Source of the DNA: Minisyncoccota bacterium
Lineage (GTDB): Bacteria > Patescibacteriota > Minisyncoccia > Phycocordibacterales > JABAAK01
DNA length: 64,000 bases
Direction: 5' to 3'
Assembly (NCBI GenBank): GCA_965222235.1
Contig: OZ244939.1
Span: 248,585 to 312,584 of the forward strand
Positions 60,075 through 64,000 of this stretch are shown here, in pieces. Every line of letters begins with the position of its first letter. Positions within the stretch are counted from its first letter, which is position 1. The position numbers and the translations under genes were made by a program. Below the pieces are notes generated by a model. The model made no database searches. It was not told the DNA's origin and saw nothing but the letters and a program-made list of their open reading frames with translations.

Positions 60075-62458
60075 TCCCTGAACTTTTTTCAGACACCAAA
60101 ACACTCCAACTTGTCGCGCTCATCGCCGGAATCATCACTGTTTGGATCGCCGTCATGGTTATTGGCACGGGCATCAGCCGGAGAAAAAAAAGAAAACTGA
60201 TGCAGGACGCGGCCTCGTATGTGCTGCTTGAAGTAACACAGACAGCGCACGCGGAAGGAGGCACTGACGGCATTGAGGAAATACGGCTGTTTGAAGATGT
60301 GCTCGCCTCCGTCGTGCCGGAAGATGCGGCGATAACATTTGAAATCGCGGTGCCGAACGACGGAACCGATATCCGTTTCTATCTCGCCGTGCCGTCCGCA
60401 TATGTTGAAACCGCGCGCAATCAGATTCGCCGCGTCTTCACGCGGTCGGAAGTGAAAGAAGTGCCGGACTACACCATTTTTGAAAAAGGAGGCAGTACAA
60501 CGCTGGCGAGCGTGCGGCTGAAAGAATTCTACGGACTCCCGGTCAAAACATATGCAGAGAGCGGCGCGGACACATTCGCGTCCATCGTCACCGCGTTTGC
60601 CGGAGCGCGGGAGGAGCATGCCGGCATGGCGATGCAACTGGTGCTGCAACGGGCGGCGGCGGGAACGGTCGAAAACATACAACAGGTCATACACGGACTG
60701 AAATCAGGAAAAAAGCTCAGACATCTGAAACCGACGAATGTCGCCGACTCCGTTGCCGGCACACTCGCTTCCCTGTCCGAACAATCCCGCGAAGAACGGG
60801 AAACGGGGCAGGATATACAGCGCATGGAAAAAAAATCACAGGGGCTGCTGTATCAGGCGAATATCAGAATCGGCGTGTGTACCGCAAAAAAAGAGGAGGC
60901 CGCGATGCTTTTCAGCACGCTCAAACAGCGGTTCGCACAGTTCGGACCGTCGGGATACAACCGTTTCATATTCACCGAACAGACGGACAAAAAAACGGTG
61001 CTGGATTTTTCATTCCGGCTGGCGAACGCATCGGAGGCGGCGATACTGAGCGCGGAAGAAATCAGCAGCATATTCCGCCTGTTCAACCGCGGTGTTGAGG
61101 TCACGAACCTGGCACGGGAGAAAACGAAACACATCGCGGCGCCGACCGATCTCGCACGGGAAGGGCTGCTGCTGGGCGATAATATCTTTCACGGCAGAAA
61201 AACGCCGGTATATATACCGGATGAGGACCGGCTGCGGCATATCTACATCATCGGGCAGACGGGTACCGGAAAAACAGCACTCATAAAATCAATGGCGCAT
61301 CAGGACATTCAGAGCGGCAAAGGCGTCTGTATCATTGATCCGCACGGCGATCTGGTGGATGACATGCTCGCCGTGGTGCCGGAACACCGGCTTGACGATG
61401 TCATTATATTTGATCCGAGCGACACCGAACGGACACTCGCGCTCAACATGCTGGAGTATGACCGGAACCGGCCGGAAGAAAAAACCTTTATCATTGACGA
61501 GATACTGTCCATCTTTCATAAACTTTTCAGCGCGACGCCGGAAGGGCTCGGTCCGGTGTTTGAACAGTACATGCGCAATTCCCTGCTGTTGCTCATGGAA
61601 GGTAAACGGGGCGAGCCGGCGACACTGCTTGATGTGCCGCGGGTGCTCACCGACGAACAGTTCCGCGCGTCACTGCTCAGCAACTGCGGGATTGAACCGG
61701 TAACAAGGTTCTGGAAAGAGGAAGCACAGAATGTGGAGGGTGAGGCCTCACTGAACAACATCGCGCCGTACATCACCTCAAAATTCACCGGTTTCATTTC
61801 AAATGACTATGTGCGTCCCATTATAAGCCAACCGCGATCGTCATTCTCGTTCAGACAGGTGATGGACGAAGGCAGACTGCTGTTTATCAAACTGCCGCAG
61901 GGGAAAATCGGCGAGATTAACACAGGGTTGCTGGGTATGATCACCGCCGGTAAAATCGCGCTCGCCGCATTCTCGCGTGACAACATCCCGCCGGAGGAAC
62001 GGAAAGATTTCTATCTCTACATTGACGAGTTTCAGAACTTCACTACGGACAGTATCGGCAAAATATTTTCCGAGGCGAGAAAGTACCGTCTCGGTCTGAC
62101 GGTTGCCAACCAGGTCATGGCGCAGCTCACCGACACCGTCCGCGGCTCCGTGCTCGGCAATGTCGGCACCACCGTTTCATTCCGCGTCGGTATTGAGGAT
62201 GCGGAGATACTTGCAAAGAAATTCGCACCGGCATTTTCAGCGCCCGAACTGGCAAAGATAGAGAATCTGCACTGCGTGATAGCGATGCTCTCTCACAGCG
62301 CGCCGCTTGAGCCGTTCACCATGCAGATACGGTTCGCACCGGACGGATCAGGAGCGGTCAGGGATAAGATTATGCGGTACGCTTCGGTGAAATACGGAAA
62401 AGAGAGCCGGGTTGATAGCGAAACATCACAACCGGTCATGCCTGAGTTTCTGCAGTAG
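60071..62458 (+). CDS. VirD4/TraD/HerA-like (DUF87) membrane-anchored ATPase
   Basis: DRLRHIYIIGQTGTGKT, IDPHGDL, LYIDEFQNF, SEARKYRL, ANQ, GNVGT. Confidence 0.88.
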   Translation: MIPELFSDTKTLQLVALIAGIITVWIAVMVIGTGISRRKKRKLMQDAASYVLLEVTQTAHAEGGTDGIEEIRLFEDVLASVVPEDAAITFEIAVPNDGTDIRFYLAVPSAYVETARNQIRRVFTRSEVKEVPDYTIFEKGGSTTLASVRLKEFYGLPVKTYAESGADTFASIVTAFAGAREEHAGMAMQLVLQRAAAGTVENIQQVIHGLKSGKKLRHLKPTNVADSVAGTLASLSEQSREERETGQDIQRMEKKSQGLLYQANIRIGVCTAKKEEAAMLFSTLKQRFAQFGPSGYNRFIFTEQTDKKTVLDFSFRLANASEAAILSAEEISSIFRLFNRGVEVTNLAREKTKHIAAPTDLAREGLLLGDNIFHGRKTPVYIPDEDRLRHIYIIGQTGTGKTALIKSMAHQDIQSGKGVCIIDPHGDLVDDMLAVVPEHRLDDVIIFDPSDTERTLALNMLEYDRNRPEEKTFIIDEILSIFHKLFSATPEGLGPVFEQYMRNSLLLLMEGKRGEPATLLDVPRVLTDEQFRASLLSNCGIEPVTRFWKEEAQNVEGEASLNNIAPYITSKFTGFISNDYVRPIISQPRSSFSFRQVMDEGRLLFIKLPQGKIGEINTGLLGMITAGKIALAAFSRDNIPPEERKDFYLYIDEFQNFTTDSIGKIFSEARKYRLGLTVANQVMAQLTDTVRGSVLGNVGTTVSFRVGIEDAEILAKKFAPAFSAPELAKIENLHCVIAMLSHSAPLEPFTMQIRFAPDGSGAVRDKIMRYASVKYGKESRVDSETSQPVMPEFLQ

Positions 62459-62460
62459 TG

Positions 62461-63447
62461 TTAGGTGACATCACGGTCAAGCAGCGCCTGCACGGCATTA
62501 AGATCTATCGTCTCTCCCGGCTGCAGGATTCCCGCCCTGCCGCTTGCAATGCCGATACTCCTAATCGCCTCCTCATCCTCCGTGACGGAATGGATGAAAT
62601 CTTCAATGACCCCCTCAGGAACGCCGTGCTTCTCCAGAATCCCCCACAGCGTATCGTTCGGCTGCACGACATAGGTGCCGGATAGTTTTTCCCCGCCGGA
62701 CAGCGGCACGCGCTCTTCAGCCGGCGACCGGTTTTCCGGAACATTCGCTGACCGCAGTTGCCGTATTGCTGCGCACAGGTACTGCCTGATACGTCCCCGC
62801 GCTGCCTGATTAACATCGCCGCTTTTTCCGGAACCGTACATCGGCGGATACATCTCCAACACATTCTCGCTGATGTCTTCGGCAAGCTCGTCCGCGGAAA
62901 CAGATTCCGCCAGGCGCGGTACAACCATGGACTGAACAATCTCCTTCAGCATCTCAGGACTATATATCTTATTCCTCCCGAGCACCGCCTCCGCGTCGGC
63001 GAGCTCCTTCGCGATGGAACGCTCTTCATCCGACTGGTGCTGAAACGGCACGTCCTCTGAATGACGAAACGGGAACACGCGCGCCGGAGACTCCTGTAAT
63101 TTCTCCGTATTCGGCGACCCGATCTTTTCCATGACATCCTTATAAAATGTACGCAGCTGCCGGATATTCGCCTCGATTTCCTCAAGAATCCGTTTCTTTG
63201 ATTCTACAGAAAGTGCGGCATCCATGTCCGATATACTTTGATATTCATGCTGCATCTTTTGCAGCAACATGCTGCCCGCCTCGGCAAACGCTGCGGTTGA
63301 CTCCGGATTGTTGGGCTGTTTTTCCAGACGTTCAAATGCGTCAAGAAACGCGCCGTGGGAGGTCTTCGGCAGCCTATCACCGGGAAACTGCAGCACGTTC
63401 CCCCGCTCATGCGTGTTCCTGTTCTTTTCCTTGTCGTCATCATCCAT
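62461..63447 (-). CDS. Hypothetical protein with a C-terminal LysM-like motif
   Basis: YVVQPNDTLWGI...ILQPGETI. Confidence 0.65.
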   Translation of the reverse strand: MDDDDKEKNRNTHERGNVLQFPGDRLPKTSHGAFLDAFERLEKQPNNPESTAAFAEAGSMLLQKMQHEYQSISDMDAALSVESKKRILEEIEANIRQLRTFYKDVMEKIGSPNTEKLQESPARVFPFRHSEDVPFQHQSDEERSIAKELADAEAVLGRNKIYSPEMLKEIVQSMVVPRLAESVSADELAEDISENVLEMYPPMYGSGKSGDVNQAARGRIRQYLCAAIRQLRSANVPENRSPAEERVPLSGGEKLSGTYVVQPNDTLWGILEKHGVPEGVIEDFIHSVTEDEEAIRSIGIASGRAGILQPGETIDLNAVQALLDRDVT

Positions 63448-63498
63448 ATATACATACTGTATACCGATATTGAACAGATGACCGGTACATATACACAA

Positions 63499-64000
63499 TT
63501 ACGCAGGCGGCGCAAGGGATGAAAGAGTTTTAATATACCGGCTCACATATGAATCTGCCGAGGCGCGACGGTACTGCATGATGAAACGGGGGTGCTCAAG
63601 CGGCACGACCGTTTCAAACCATCCGTGCACATCGTTCATCTTCGCGACGGCGGCATAGTTTTTCCCCTTGCCGAGCACGACGGCGACCGGTGCGGCGCCG
63701 AAGCCGTGCTGCACGGCGAATGTTTTCTGAATGTACGGTAAGAGCATGTTCATCCCCGCCGTGTCATCGTAGTAGTTGTAGTTCACTCCGTCTTTCACGA
63801 AACCGAGCGGGCAGATACTGGTGAGAAAGAAACGGCGATAGAACTCCGTAGGCCCGCCGAAACCGTCCACCACCTGAGATATAAATCCGGCGCTCAGCTC
63901 CCGTGTTTCCGGAACATCGTTCGGCACATTCCATGCCCGCAGCGCGTCAGTGTCGGCAAATGCGATGCCGGTTACTCCCGCGCCGAGCCGTCCCGGGTTA
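63499..64000 (-). CDS. SMUG2/DUF4918 uracil-DNA-glycosylase-family protein (5' end outside the window)
   Basis: NPGRLGAGVTGIAF, ELSAGFI, CPLGF..NYNYYD, LEHPRFIMQY. Confidence 0.85.
   Translation of the reverse strand, partial: NPGRLGAGVTGIAFADTDALRAWNVPNDVPETRELSAGFISQVVDGFGGPTEFYRRFFLTSICPLGFVKDGVNYNYYDDTAGMNMLLPYIQKTFAVQHGFGAAPVAVVLGKGKNYAAVAKMNDVHGWFETVVPLEHPRFIMQYRRASADSYVSRYIKTLSSLAPPA

Overview
Bacterial chromosome segment, most consistent with a Patescibacteria (CPR, Parcubacteria-like) genome. This is inferred from compact genes that mostly lack Shine-Dalgarno sites, a -10 box just upstream of many ATGs, split transketolase, a NusB-NUDIX fusion and a stand-alone VirD4/HerA-like ATPase. 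Core genes fill 1-20.5 kb (uvrA, thrS, rnhA, dprA, rnc, nusB, rpmF, a Trx/CcdA module, a pentose-phosphate/gap cluster, gatB) and 40-64 kb (gatCA, yqgF, pyrG, recG, tuf-S10-spc up to rplE). Seven tRNA genes are present. Accessory DNA lies at about 20.6-40 kb and 42.8-46.4 kb. It includes two 1147-bp IS30-family copies, each with its own 3-bp target duplication, an R-M cassette bounded by 13-bp direct repeats at tRNA-Met, a Panacea/SocA antitoxin with a frameshifted partner, and a DUF805 gene inside perfect 47-bp inverted repeats. The strongest candidate for an undescribed system is the AT-richer island between two near-identical tRNA-Leu genes (25.1-36.6 kb). It holds a vitamin-K-dependent gamma-carboxylase/HTTM-like membrane enzyme with an in-frame G11 tract, flanked by two exported acidic mini-proteins that share a conserved C-terminal core (QCDVLGTxDYLEYLxSADDSDExLFAxCGxFL). 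Alongside are a PaaK-like adenylating ligase (C8 tract), a truncated paralog of it, a large exported protein, a PEP-utilising phosphotransferase and an animal-type PAICS fusion. All assignments are from motif recognition by eye; no searches were run.
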